Shown: positions 26,768 to 36,954, counted from the stretch's first letter. The stretch: 64,000 nt of DNA from a virus (IMGVR_UViG_2703718833_000007:1-64000); one strand, 5' to 3'. Program-made: numbers and translations. Notes: generated by a model from the letters alone, not told the origin.

Positions 26768-26836
26768 ATGAAATGGCTTGATTTCTTTTTCCTGATCGTT
26801 GCGATTGTTCTTACCATGACCGCGCTGACTCAATAG
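26768..26836 (+). CDS. micro-ORF 6: 22-aa single-TM peptide
   Basis: MKWLDFFFLIVAIVLTMTALTQ; GGGGGG RBS. Confidence 0.35.
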   Translation: MKWLDFFFLIVAIVLTMTALTQ

Positions 26837-26905
26837 GTTATGGCTTGGACGCGCATTTTATGCGCTTCCTAAACTTAGTAAGCCAAAGAAAGAGAATGGC
26901 AAGCA

Positions 26906-26989
26906 ATGAAATATCTATCAAGTTGGTTGGGTGTATCAATATACTTCGCAACATTAATCGAGTGTTTATATATAGTGAATAAATTTTAA
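26906..26989 (+). CDS. micro-ORF 7: 27-aa hydrophobic peptide (weaker RBS)
   Basis: MKYLSSWLGVSIYFATLIECLYIVNKF; ends 10 nt before terminase small subunit start. Confidence 0.25.
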   Translation: MKYLSSWLGVSIYFATLIECLYIVNKF

Positions 26990-26999
26990 GAGGTGAATT

Positions 27000-27485
27000 A
27001 TGGCCCGCACTAAAAAGGCAAAGGCTGACGATAAAAAGCCAGCAGCTAAAAAGGTGGGCCGTCCGCATGGTTATACCGAAGAAAAGGCATTAGAGATCTG
27101 TGAGCTGGTGGCGGACGGTCAGAGCGTTAACAAAATTTCAAAAATGCCAGGTATGCCAACACGTTCGACAATCCTTAAGTGGTTCCGTGATGTGCCTGAA
27201 TTTTCGGACATGTACGTGAGAGCGAAGGAGATCGGTTTTGAGGTATTAGCTGATGAGATCATCGATATAGCTGACGCAGCTGAGAATATTGATAAGGATG
27301 AATTGCGCCGCCATCAATTAATGATTGAAACCCGTAAATGGCTATTGGCAAAACTGCAACCGCGTAAATATGGTGAACGCGTCACGCAGGAAATCGTTGG
27401 TAACAGGGAGGAATCACCCGTCCAGGTTGAAGTCACGAAAGAAGAGATCGCCCGCATCGTCCAGGAAGTAGAAGACGAGGTGTGA
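27000..27485 (+). CDS. terminase small subunit
   Basis: 161 aa; basic N-terminus, HTH-like segment, directly upstream of large terminase; GAGGTGA RBS. Confidence 0.65.
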   Translation: MARTKKAKADDKKPAAKKVGRPHGYTEEKALEICELVADGQSVNKISKMPGMPTRSTILKWFRDVPEFSDMYVRAKEIGFEVLADEIIDIADAAENIDKDELRRHQLMIETRKWLLAKLQPRKYGERVTQEIVGNREESPVQVEVTKEEIARIVQEVEDEV

Positions 27486-28966
27486 TTATGTTGACAATCA
27501 AAGAACGAGTTATTCAGTCCAAATGTGAAAACGATGGCCTGTTTTTCAATCGCTATTTCTATAAACAAGCGAACGGAACGAAGATGTTAATCTCAGGCCA
27601 TCATTTAGCTATCCGTGATGCACTGCAACGCGTTATTAATGGTGAGATCACCCGCCTCATCATTAACATCCCCCCAGGGTACGGCAAAACCATGATCGCA
27701 ACTATCAACATGATGGCGCGGTCACTCGCAATAAATCCCCGCACAAGATTCCTTCACGTTTCCTATTCCAACAACCTGGCATTACTCAATTCCTCGACTG
27801 TAAGAAACATGATCTGTACGCCTGAATATCAGGCAATGTGGCCCATGAAGATCCGCAACGATGCCAACAGTAAATCGATGTGGTGGACTGAATACGGTGG
27901 CGGCGTGTATGCAACGTCATCGCTTGGCCAGGTAACTGGGTTCCGTGCAGGGTATATGGAACCGGGATTTAACGGCGCGTTAATCATCGACGACCCATTA
28001 AAACCGGCTGACGCTTACTCTGACGTGGTGAGAAAGCAGGTAAACACCAACTATAACGACACACTTGCTTCACGTCTGGCAGTGCAAACAACGCCTGTCA
28101 TCGTCATCATGCAGCGCATCCACTACGATGATTTGTCCGGCTACTTGCTACGCGGTGGGAGCGGTGAAAAGTGGTATCACCTTAACCTGCCAGTGAAGAT
28201 CGACAATAGCGTTGACTATCGGGATTTGTACCCTGAAAACGAGTTCGCAATCCCTATCGCTCACAACCTGCCTGATGGCTGGCTGTGGCCTAAAAAGCAC
28301 AATGACGCCCATGAAGCTGGACTGAAAGCACACAGGCGGTCATTTGAAGCCCAGTACATGCAGCGCCCGCGTAAATTCGACGAAGAGGGTGCATTGTGGA
28401 CTGAAGCCATGATAACCGCAGCGCACCGGATGCAGATAACGCAGGATAAGGTTCGCACGGTGATAGCCATAGACCCGGCGACAACGTCATCTGACGAATC
28501 GGACGAAACGGGGATCGTGGCATGTTCCGCCTATGGTGGCGGCAAGAATGCTCAGTATTCTGTTGATGGCGACTACTCAGGCCGCATGTCTCCTAACGAC
28601 TGGGCGCAAGCCTCAATGAACGCCTACAACATCCATGAAGCTGACGCGATAGTTATCGAAACCAACCAGGGCGGCGAAATGGCAGAGGCCACGTTGCGTA
28701 ATGCCGGATTCAAGGGCCGCATTGTTAAGGTGCACGCAAGCAAAGGTAAGTTCGCCCGTGCTGAACCAATATCCGCACTATATGCGCAGGGAAGGGTAGC
28801 CCACACTGGCAGCCTGTACACGCTGGAGAATCAAATGATGGAATACGTGCCAGCCACCGCAAAAAAATCCCCTGACCGTATGGACGCTATGGTATGGGGA
28901 ATCACTGAATTAAGCCAACCGCAGGCAATGGGCCTCATGTTACCGAAGCGCCTGCGCGGATTTTAA
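27482..28966 (+). CDS. terminase large subunit (likely ATG start at 27488)
   Basis: 494 aa; P-loop-like PPGYGKT, ATPase plus nuclease arrangement. Confidence 0.8.
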   Translation: MIMLTIKERVIQSKCENDGLFFNRYFYKQANGTKMLISGHHLAIRDALQRVINGEITRLIINIPPGYGKTMIATINMMARSLAINPRTRFLHVSYSNNLALLNSSTVRNMICTPEYQAMWPMKIRNDANSKSMWWTEYGGGVYATSSLGQVTGFRAGYMEPGFNGALIIDDPLKPADAYSDVVRKQVNTNYNDTLASRLAVQTTPVIVIMQRIHYDDLSGYLLRGGSGEKWYHLNLPVKIDNSVDYRDLYPENEFAIPIAHNLPDGWLWPKKHNDAHEAGLKAHRRSFEAQYMQRPRKFDEEGALWTEAMITAAHRMQITQDKVRTVIAIDPATTSSDESDETGIVACSAYGGGKNAQYSVDGDYSGRMSPNDWAQASMNAYNIHEADAIVIETNQGGEMAEATLRNAGFKGRIVKVHASKGKFARAEPISALYAQGRVAHTGSLYTLENQMMEYVPATAKKSPDRMDAMVWGITELSQPQAMGLMLPKRLRGF

Positions 28967-29044
28967 AATCTGACTCACAATCCCCCACAAGTTTTTCTAT
29001 TTTTCGCGTAGCAACGCGTAAACATGTATTCAGGAGTAAACATT

Positions 29045-30415
29045 ATGCCATCAAATTTAGATTTGGCGGTTAATGCTGCCTTGTCACAACGCCAGGCGGC
29101 CTATGCCCGCTATACCGCAGCACACCCATTCACGATGGGGATAGATGCCAAACGCGATGCTGCGTGGAGTGAATACGGATTCAAAGAAGAGATCACGTAT
29201 GAAGACCTGTACAAACTGTACAGACGCGGTGGTATCGCTCACGGTGCTGTAGAGAAGATTGTTACTACGTGCTGGCGCACCATGCCGATGCTGATAGAAG
29301 GCACGGAAGACGAGAAAGCAGAAAAGGAAACACCGTGGGAAAGGGAAATCAAAAAGCAATTCGATAACAGATTTTGGCGTGTTATTGCCGAATGTGATCG
29401 CCGCCGCCTCATTGGTCGTTACGCTGGCCTGTTGATTCATGCCAGAGATAACCAGCCGTGGGAAAAGCCAGTCACAAAAGGCGTAGGTATTGCCAAATTT
29501 ACCCCGGTATGGGCTGGTGCTCTTACGCCGAAGGAGTTCGAAGAAGACCCGAACAGTGAAAATTATGGCCTGCCTACATGGTGGGAATACAAAGAACGCA
29601 TTAACAGTAAGACCATTGCCAGAAGAATCCACCCTGATCGCATATTCATCTTTGGCGACTATTCCGATGATGCCATCGCTTTCCTTGAACCTTCCTATAA
29701 CGCCTTTGTGTCACTGGAGAAGGTGGAAGGTGGTAGCGGTGAATCATTCCTGAAAAACGCCGCCCGTCAGCTTGCTATCTCATTCGATAAGGAAATTGAT
29801 TTCCGTTCCCTGGCCGCTACATACGATTGCGACGTTACAGAGTTACGCGAAAGATTCAATGAGGCTGCGGCTGAAATGAATAAGGGTAACGATGTGATGA
29901 TGGCATTACAAGGGGCGACAGTAAGCCCGCTGGTGACTGCCGTATCTGATCCGTCAGCAACCTATGACGTCAACCTGCAAACCGCCGCCGCTGGCATTGA
30001 TATTCCAACCCGCATCCTGGTTGGGAACCAGCAGGGCGAACGCGCATCAACCGAAGATCTGCGTTACTTCAACAGCCGCTGTATGACCCGCAGGGAAGAG
30101 ATTGGCGGTGAGCTTGAGGATTTATTCAGCAAGATGGCAGATCTGCGCCTTATCAGTATGCCAGTAGATATATCAGTGATATGGGACGACCTGAACGCCA
30201 TGACCAAAGCCGAACTACTGGAAGCTGCACACAAGATGGCGCAAATCAATCAGGCTTGCCTTGCTACTGGTGAAGAAATATTTAGCGGTGATGAGATCCG
30301 CGAGGCTGCCGGATACGATGGCCCTGCCAGTGTAGTAGAAATGGAAGAGGAAAACGATGATGAAGGTGAAGAAGATAATCAGGCGAATACCTCCAGCCGC
30401 GATAATGCCATCTAA
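29045..30415 (+). CDS. portal protein
   Basis: About 456 aa, follows terminase, acidic C-terminus. Confidence 0.65.
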   Translation: MPSNLDLAVNAALSQRQAAYARYTAAHPFTMGIDAKRDAAWSEYGFKEEITYEDLYKLYRRGGIAHGAVEKIVTTCWRTMPMLIEGTEDEKAEKETPWEREIKKQFDNRFWRVIAECDRRRLIGRYAGLLIHARDNQPWEKPVTKGVGIAKFTPVWAGALTPKEFEEDPNSENYGLPTWWEYKERINSKTIARRIHPDRIFIFGDYSDDAIAFLEPSYNAFVSLEKVEGGSGESFLKNAARQLAISFDKEIDFRSLAATYDCDVTELRERFNEAAAEMNKGNDVMMALQGATVSPLVTAVSDPSATYDVNLQTAAAGIDIPTRILVGNQQGERASTEDLRYFNSRCMTRREEIGGELEDLFSKMADLRLISMPVDISVIWDDLNAMTKAELLEAAHKMAQINQACLATGEEIFSGDEIREAAGYDGPASVVEMEEENDDEGEEDNQANTSSRDNAI

Positions 30416-31301
30416 CACCGAAGACCCGACCATGACAGGGAAGTTAAGGTCTGGTGCTATCAAGCGTTTTAAATCCTGCCTGAAGAAAGTTGCGGATCCG
30501 TATATTGCCATACTGGACAGGATGCAATATAGCCTTGCTGTTAATAAAAAATACACCTTTCAGATCTACATTGACGAATTACATGACTTGCTGGAAGACG
30601 CCAGCGACATGATTGATGAGATATTCGAGTTAACAGACCCGGAAAACTTCTGGTTCTGGCAGGAATACGTGAAAGTGGCATATCAGCGCGGCACTTCCCA
30701 GGAATACGCTAACCTCGCTAACCAGTCAGTCACATATTCCAGGGCTTACCCTGAAGTGTCGGCGGTATTAACCAGTCAGACCTATCGAACGCGCCTTGCT
30801 CTGGTGCGTACCCGCGTATTTGAAGAGATGCGCGGGCTGACAGCACAGATCAAGAAGGATATGGCACGCCGATTAACTGAAGGCATGGCCCGTGGTTTAA
30901 ATCCACTTGAAATAGCGCGCACATTGCAGCAGGAAACGCAATTACCGCTATACCGGTGCAAACGTATTGCCCGCACTGAAATATGCACAGCGTTGCGCAC
31001 AGCGCGTATGGATGAGGCTGAAGCGGCGACGGAAGAGCTTAATCTGCGCACTATGCAGATGCACATTTCGGCATTGTCGCCGACTACCAGGTTGTCACAC
31101 GCACAGCGGCACGGGAAAACTTACACCATAGAAGAGCAGCGCGAATGGTGGAGCAGATCCCCAAATTCAATTAACTGCAAATGTAGCACTATTACCGTGA
31201 TGGTCGATGAATCTGGTAACATATTAAACAAACGAATATTAGAGCGGGCGCAAGAAAATTATAAGGTTGCGCACGCTAAATATGGCGAAGATTGGGAGTG
31301 A
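30405..31301 (+). CDS. head morphogenesis protein (Mu gpF / SPP1 gp7-like)
   Basis: About 298 aa following portal; start ATG 30405 overlaps portal stop. Confidence 0.55.
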   Translation: MPSNTEDPTMTGKLRSGAIKRFKSCLKKVADPYIAILDRMQYSLAVNKKYTFQIYIDELHDLLEDASDMIDEIFELTDPENFWFWQEYVKVAYQRGTSQEYANLANQSVTYSRAYPEVSAVLTSQTYRTRLALVRTRVFEEMRGLTAQIKKDMARRLTEGMARGLNPLEIARTLQQETQLPLYRCKRIARTEICTALRTARMDEAEAATEELNLRTMQMHISALSPTTRLSHAQRHGKTYTIEEQREWWSRSPNSINCKCSTITVMVDESGNILNKRILERAQENYKVAHAKYGEDWE

Positions 31302-31305
31302 TATC

Positions 31306-31797
31306 GTGAATGAAGTGATTAATTGGCATGATTATTTCACGTATAAATCAGGCCATATTTACTGGAAAATATCACCAACTAACGGCGTTCATATTGGCGA
31401 CCATGCGGGGAATGACAGCGGGTTGGGCTACTTGCGTGTTCGTGTCAATTATAGGTTATATCTTGTTAGTAGAATCATATGGGAAATGCACAACGGCCCG
31501 ATCCCGGAAGGGTACGAGATAGACCACATTGACCATAACACACTAAATAACGATATAACGAACCTAAGGATGGTAAGTCATTACGAAAATACACTAAATG
31601 CGCCAATGAGAAAGGATAATAAAAGCGGTTATGTCGGTGTTATTTGGCATAAGGCGTCCCGTAAATGGATGGCGTATGTACAAGTGAATAAGAAGCGCAA
31701 ACATTTAGGTTTATTTGACAGCATAGATAAGGCCGTAGCTGCCCGCCGACAGGCTGAAAAAGAGAACAATTATCACCCAAATCACGGGAGTGTTTAA
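31306..31797 (+). CDS. HNH endonuclease with AP2 domain, copy 4
   Basis: GTG start 31306 with GGAG RBS; IDHIDHN HNH_3 motif; AP2-like segment; C-terminal NYHPNHG. Confidence 0.75.
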   Translation: MNEVINWHDYFTYKSGHIYWKISPTNGVHIGDHAGNDSGLGYLRVRVNYRLYLVSRIIWEMHNGPIPEGYEIDHIDHNTLNNDITNLRMVSHYENTLNAPMRKDNKSGYVGVIWHKASRKWMAYVQVNKKRKHLGLFDSIDKAVAARRQAEKENNYHPNHGSV

Positions 31798-31798
31798 G

Positions 31799-33064
31799 AT
31801 GTCAGATTTAATTCAAGTAAACACAAAAATTTCATGTAATAAAATCCGCAGGGAGACGTACAACGGGAGGGAGCATCTCGTAGTTCCTTCGTATACACTC
31901 CCATTTGGTATCGTTATGAATCGGGAATATTACCCAGAAGCTGAAATCATTGCTAATTATCAATCTCTGGAAGGAACACTCGCACCGTTGGGCCATCCTA
32001 CGGTTGACGGTGAATTTGTTTCCGCATTTAGCCCGGAAGGTCTGAATATTGGCTTTTGTGGAGCGTGGAACAGGAATGTTGAATTGCGCGGGAACCGTGT
32101 TTATGTGGAGAAATGGGTGGATGTTGAAACTGCCAGTCATTCAGAACAAGGACGCGAATTATTAAGCCGACTGGAAGCACTGGAAAAAGGCGAAAGCAAA
32201 GATCCGATCTGGTCATCTGTTGCCGTATATCGTCAGCGTATGCCAGCTACTGAAGAGATGAAAGCCCAGGGTGCTGATAGCGTTGTCAAAATCATGTCAA
32301 TTGACCATGACGCCATCTTACTGCATGAACCGCCAGCCGCATCGCCTGAACAGGGCGTTGGCCTGATGGTTAACACTGACCAGGCGAAGCCGTTAATGGC
32401 TGTGGCAATGAAAGAAAACAGCTATCGCACGCTTGAAAGACAATTGGAAGAAGCTGCGCGTGAACTGTTCCACGATGCAGATTATGTATATGTTGTGGAC
32501 TTCACTGATAAAGAAGTGACGATTGCCACTAATACCGAAAGTGCTCAAGTTTGCACATATGAAAAACAGGCTGATAAAATTATTCTCAATAATGGCGAGC
32601 TTGCAACCAATGAGGAAAGTAAATCCTGGTTCGCTCAGTTCGCTGAACACTTATCTAATCTTTTCTCCCTGAATGAAAAAATTAAGGCCAATAAATCGGA
32701 GGGTGAACCCATGCCTTTGACCAAAGAAGAACGCGCCGAACTGGTGAAAGAAATTAACGAAAGCATCACCGCTAATATGGCTAATGCAATCGCTGAAGCA
32801 CTTAAACCAGTACAGGCAAGCGTTGAAGAATTACAGACCAATCAAAAAGCGATTAAAGAAGAGATCGCAGCAAACGCAGATAAAGAAGTAGCAGAAAAAC
32901 GCGCCGCAGTAGCAAAAGTACACGGCGAAATTGTTGCTAACGCATTAAATGGTGAAGCGTTAGAAGCAATGTTTAAATCCCTGGGCAAAGCCGCGCCGAT
33001 GGCAACCAACGCAGCAAGCGAAGGTAAAAAAGGCGAAGTCCCGGACTTTAACACTTATTTCTAA
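31799..33064 (+). CDS. putative capsid scaffolding / prohead-protease-like protein
   Basis: About 420 aa with coiled-coil C-terminal half, between morphogenesis protein and capsid gene. Confidence 0.45.
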   Translation: MSDLIQVNTKISCNKIRRETYNGREHLVVPSYTLPFGIVMNREYYPEAEIIANYQSLEGTLAPLGHPTVDGEFVSAFSPEGLNIGFCGAWNRNVELRGNRVYVEKWVDVETASHSEQGRELLSRLEALEKGESKDPIWSSVAVYRQRMPATEEMKAQGADSVVKIMSIDHDAILLHEPPAASPEQGVGLMVNTDQAKPLMAVAMKENSYRTLERQLEEAARELFHDADYVYVVDFTDKEVTIATNTESAQVCTYEKQADKIILNNGELATNEESKSWFAQFAEHLSNLFSLNEKIKANKSEGEPMPLTKEERAELVKEINESITANMANAIAEALKPVQASVEELQTNQKAIKEEIAANADKEVAEKRAAVAKVHGEIVANALNGEALEAMFKSLGKAAPMATNAASEGKKGEVPDFNTYF

Positions 33065-33080
33065 TTAAAAGGGGATCACA

Positions 33081-33509
33081 ATGTTTCGTTTTCGTCGTGT
33101 AAATATTGATGGTAAATCCATCACCGAAACCCGCCTCGCTGGTGCTGAATTAAAACCGGGTGAACTGGTTAAACTGGCTGAAGGTAAATTCGCTAAAGCA
33201 GCCCTTGCAGATGTTGGCAAGGCCCAACTTTTCATCGTTAACCCGGCATTCCATGAAGGCAAAACCATTGCTGATGCAATCGCTGCAAATGAAACCGTTG
33301 TAGCCGATTATGTGGAACAGGGGCGTGAATTTGCTCTTCGTGTTCCTGCTGCAACCTACACCAAAGGCGCAGCTATTGCTCTCTCTGCCACTGGCATCAA
33401 GCTGTTTACCGCGCCTAGTGGTGATGATGCTGCGGACCCAATCATCGCATACTGCCAGGAAGACGTAAAACTGGAAGCGGAAGACTTCGTCCGCGTTCGC
33501 GTCGCTTAA
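33081..33509 (+). CDS. putative head structural / decoration protein
   Basis: 142 aa, immediately upstream of major capsid gene. Confidence 0.4.
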   Translation: MFRFRRVNIDGKSITETRLAGAELKPGELVKLAEGKFAKAALADVGKAQLFIVNPAFHEGKTIADAIAANETVVADYVEQGREFALRVPAATYTKGAAIALSATGIKLFTAPSGDDAADPIIAYCQEDVKLEAEDFVRVRVA

Positions 33510-33526
33510 TTTAAAAGGGGAAAAAC

Positions 33527-34579
33527 ATGTACTTTACTAAAGAAAACCTTGCTACCAACGCCCGTATGCAGGGTCATTGGAGCGAACTGTGGGCGCAGCG
33601 CAATATCTTCAACGCTCAACATGACGCCATGATTGCAGCAAACAAGGCGAACATGACTTCCGAAATGTTGGCCTGCAACGCTGTTGGTGGCTTCGCAAAA
33701 GAGTTCTGGAAAGAAATTGATAACCAGATCATCGAACTGAACACCGAGGAAATCGGTATTGAAATCGTCAACGACCTGATGGGTGTGCAAACCGTACTGC
33801 CTATCGGTAAAACGCTGAAAATGTACAGCGTATCCGGCGACATCAACGATGAAGTCGTAATGTCTATGGATGGTCAGGCGCCACACGGCTTTGATCACAC
33901 CGAATACGGCAGCGATGGCGACCCGATCCCGATGTTCGCAGCGGGTTACGGTGTTAACTGGCGTTTAGCTCAGGGCTTAAATACTGTAGGCATTGACCTT
34001 GCCCTGGACAGCCAGCGCCTGAAACTGAAAAAATTCAACAAAGCCCGCGTTAAATTCTACCTTGATGGTAACGAAAACATGGTTGTTGATGGTCATAAAG
34101 CTATGGGTATTAAAAACCACAAAAACACCCAACAACTGACCCTAACCACTAACCTGACCACTGCAAAATTTGACGCACTGATCGACTTCTTCACCATTGG
34201 TGAATTTGGTGTTCTGGCCCGCAATAACTTCGTTGCTAAATATGATGTTATGTGGGTATCACCTGAAATCATGGCTAACCTGGCCCGCCCGCACATCGTT
34301 AACGGTGCTGTAGTTGGCAGCGTGCTCAATACGGTTATGCCGTTCGCACCGGTTGGTGAAATCCGCCAGACCTTTGCACTGAAAGGCAACGAAATCATTG
34401 CTTATCAGCGCCGTCGTGACGTTATCACCCCGCTGATCGGTATGACTACTGGCGTAGTACCTGTGCCGCGCACCATGCCTACCGATAACTACAATTTCAA
34501 AATCATGTCTGCCGAAGGTTTACAAATCACCTGCGACATGCTGGGCCGTTCCGGAGTCGTTTACGGCAAAAATTCCTAA
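33527..34579 (+). CDS. major capsid protein
   Basis: 350 aa, position in head module, followed by strong terminator. Confidence 0.65.
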   Translation: MYFTKENLATNARMQGHWSELWAQRNIFNAQHDAMIAANKANMTSEMLACNAVGGFAKEFWKEIDNQIIELNTEEIGIEIVNDLMGVQTVLPIGKTLKMYSVSGDINDEVVMSMDGQAPHGFDHTEYGSDGDPIPMFAAGYGVNWRLAQGLNTVGIDLALDSQRLKLKKFNKARVKFYLDGNENMVVDGHKAMGIKNHKNTQQLTLTTNLTTAKFDALIDFFTIGEFGVLARNNFVAKYDVMWVSPEIMANLARPHIVNGAVVGSVLNTVMPFAPVGEIRQTFALKGNEIIAYQRRRDVITPLIGMTTGVVPVPRTMPTDNYNFKIMSAEGLQITCDMLGRSGVVYGKNS

Positions 34580-34598
34580 TATAACGTTTCCTGTAACT

Positions 34599-34627
34599 CC
34601 CCGGCGCAATGCCGGGGATTTTTTTTG
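34599..34627 (+). terminator. rho-independent terminator after capsid gene
   Basis: CCCCGGC-GCAAT-GCCGGGG hairpin plus T8. Confidence 0.6.
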
Positions 34628-34644
34628 TATGTGGAGCAAACAAA

Positions 34645-35031
34645 ATGGTAACTACAGAACAGGCGCGGGAATATCTTGAAAGCCAGGGTATTGACCTGCC
34701 AGACGTTATCTTATCTTTGCTGGTGGAGCAGGCAAATAGCGTTAATGAATGCCTTGATGCTAACTATCAGGCCTCCACTGCAACATTAATTCAGCTTTAT
34801 CTGATTGGCCTGTTGGGACTCACCCAGGCTAACAAATACGTTTCCTCGCATACTGGTACGAACGGCGCGAGCCAGTCATATCGCTATGTCGATTTTAATA
34901 AAAAATGGAAGGCGGCCTATTCGTTGCTTTACTCACTGGACAAACACCATTGCACAGCAGAACTGATTCCACCGGCTCCAGAAAACACCGCGCACGCCGG
35001 GCTGTGGATAGGTAAAAGCGGGAGGATGTAA
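34645..35031 (+). CDS. putative head-tail connector / head completion protein
   Basis: Start ATG 34645 with GGAG RBS; position. Confidence 0.4.
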   Translation: MVTTEQAREYLESQGIDLPDVILSLLVEQANSVNECLDANYQASTATLIQLYLIGLLGLTQANKYVSSHTGTNGASQSYRYVDFNKKWKAAYSLLYSLDKHHCTAELIPPAPENTAHAGLWIGKSGRM

Positions 35032-35033
35032 CA

Positions 35034-35219
35034 ATGTGGAATGACCTGACATTACCGGATCCGCTATTACCGAAACCGTTTACCCGCGTATGGGTGCAGA
35101 CTGATACCGGGCGGCAGGTGGCGGCATATCTCAATGACGCTGGCGAATGGGTGATTCTATGCCCGCGCGTGGCGGAAACCTATCCGAAAATCATCAAATG
35201 GAGTTGCGGATATGAGTAA
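35034..35219 (+). CDS. hypothetical protein (61 aa)
   Basis: Operon-context ORF. Confidence 0.35.
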   Translation: MWNDLTLPDPLLPKPFTRVWVQTDTGRQVAAYLNDAGEWVILCPRVAETYPKIIKWSCGYE

Positions 35220-35580
35220 GATCGCGAGATTCAGCTATAAGGCATTAGCCACCATTTACCCCGTGACGCGTGACGACTGGACAAACTCCGACGTATACGG
35301 AACGCCATATCTGATTGATTGTTCATGGGAACGCACTGACGGAACCGCAACAGACGCAAACGGGAATGAGGTTAGCAACACGATAACCGTATATACCGAA
35401 CTGCTTCACAAGATGCAGCCAGTGCAGCGCCCTGAAAAAGGGTGGATGCTTGCCACTGGTGACACTACTGCTATTTCTGACCCGCTGGCGGCTGGGGCCA
35501 ACTTTATAACCGGGATCGTTGAATGGGACATGAGCATGTTTAACGACACGCCGGACTATAAGATCGTGACAGGAGGTTAA
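35212..35580 (+). CDS. putative head-tail joining protein
   Basis: 122 aa; position. Confidence 0.35.
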   Translation: MSKIARFSYKALATIYPVTRDDWTNSDVYGTPYLIDCSWERTDGTATDANGNEVSNTITVYTELLHKMQPVQRPEKGWMLATGDTTAISDPLAAGANFITGIVEWDMSMFNDTPDYKIVTGG

Positions 35581-35582
35581 TC

Positions 35583-36056
35583 ATGCCACTGAAAGGCGTC
35601 AGGCGTGTCCGTATGAAAATGACGGAAGAAATCAGGAATATAGCAGACAAAAAGACTTATGAAGTGCTATGGATTGTTGGCAATGTCGCGTCCGGCCTTG
35701 CATCTGGAATGACGCCAGTTGATACGGGTTTTTTAATTAACAGCATGTATCAGACAGTTGAGAAAAACGGTAACGGACTTTGCCTCAGGGTTGGATATAC
35801 CGCCCGCTATGCTGAATGGGTGCATGACATGCCAGGTACATTAATGGGACAGCCTCGCGAGCATTTCGGGAAAACCAATAACCTTTCGGATTTCGGCCCG
35901 AAACAGGTAATTGAGTTCGGCGGCGGTACTGGCAAGGGTGATTACTGGGATCCAAACGCAGAACCTGAATTTTTGCGCAAGGCGTTCGAGGAACCAGATA
36001 ACTTCAATGAAATCTGGAACACGATCAAACTTGGATACTGGACGAAACAATCATGA
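35583..36056 (+). CDS. putative tail completion / adaptor protein
   Basis: 157 aa; position. Confidence 0.35.
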   Translation: MPLKGVRRVRMKMTEEIRNIADKKTYEVLWIVGNVASGLASGMTPVDTGFLINSMYQTVEKNGNGLCLRVGYTARYAEWVHDMPGTLMGQPREHFGKTNNLSDFGPKQVIEFGGGTGKGDYWDPNAEPEFLRKAFEEPDNFNEIWNTIKLGYWTKQS

Positions 36057-36439
36057 AACGCAGCGAAGTATACGATGAAATAAGGGATTGGATTAAATCC
36101 CACGGGTACGACGAAGGTTATATTTTGCAGGCCCGTTTCTGGAATGAGCGATCCAATTCTAATAAAGACAGATACATTGTCATACAGCAAAACGGCGGCG
36201 CGGCTGGAGAAGAAGCAATAACCCGTGACTATTTCCGCATCCTGGTTATTTCAGCGCGCAATGACGCAAATATCAGCGAAGTGGAAGACCTCGCCGATGC
36301 AATACGGCAAAGTATGATAACCGAATATAAAACTGATAAAATTACACACATGAAGCCAGTTGGCGCTATTCCTGCAATGCAGACAAGAGAAGGGCGCTTT
36401 ATTTTTACCGTAGCTTTTCAAACCATCATATCAAGATAA
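36053..36439 (+). CDS. putative tail terminator protein
   Basis: 128 aa; position before tail tube gene. Confidence 0.35.
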   Translation: MKRSEVYDEIRDWIKSHGYDEGYILQARFWNERSNSNKDRYIVIQQNGGAAGEEAITRDYFRILVISARNDANISEVEDLADAIRQSMITEYKTDKITHMKPVGAIPAMQTREGRFIFTVAFQTIISR

Positions 36440-36452
36440 GAGGTAACTAAAC

Positions 36453-36929
36453 ATGTCTCAGACTTGTGATAAAGGTTCGTTCTTAGGCCGCGACGTTGCC
36501 GTATTTTACGCTATCGCTTGCCCTAATGCGAAACCTAATGACGAAGCATATAAAGCGTTAGGCATGATGCGTGGTAAATCGCTTTCCGTAGAATGGGAAA
36601 CCGCAGACGCCACCGCTGATAAATCAGCAGACTACACGAAAGAATCATTGGTAACTTACAAATCTGTTGCCTTCTCAGGTGACGGCGTATCACGCACCGA
36701 AGAAATCCACAACCAGAAGGCACTTAAACGCCACGTTATTAACCCTGGCGAAACAACAGGTGCGCAGCCTTACGTCTGGTTGAAACTCGTTTCCCCGCTC
36801 GATGTAACCGAAGGTCCGTTTCTTTGCACCTCATTCAAAGAGGAGGATCCGCACGATGATGTGTCCACCTGGTCCATTGAATGCGAAAGCGCTGGCAAAG
36901 TCACGGTAGGTGACGTTCCGTCAGTGTAA
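36453..36929 (+). CDS. putative major tail (tube) protein
   Basis: 158 aa; position upstream of chaperone and tape measure. Confidence 0.45.
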   Translation: MSQTCDKGSFLGRDVAVFYAIACPNAKPNDEAYKALGMMRGKSLSVEWETADATADKSADYTKESLVTYKSVAFSGDGVSRTEEIHNQKALKRHVINPGETTGAQPYVWLKLVSPLDVTEGPFLCTSFKEEDPHDDVSTWSIECESAGKVTVGDVPSV

Positions 36930-36954
36930 CAGCAAATATTAACATCGGGGCCAT

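Noticed and set aside
26838-27068. Minus-strand 76-aa ORF overlapping the micro-ORF array and terminase start
   Set aside because: Antisense to well-supported plus-strand genes; no RBS.
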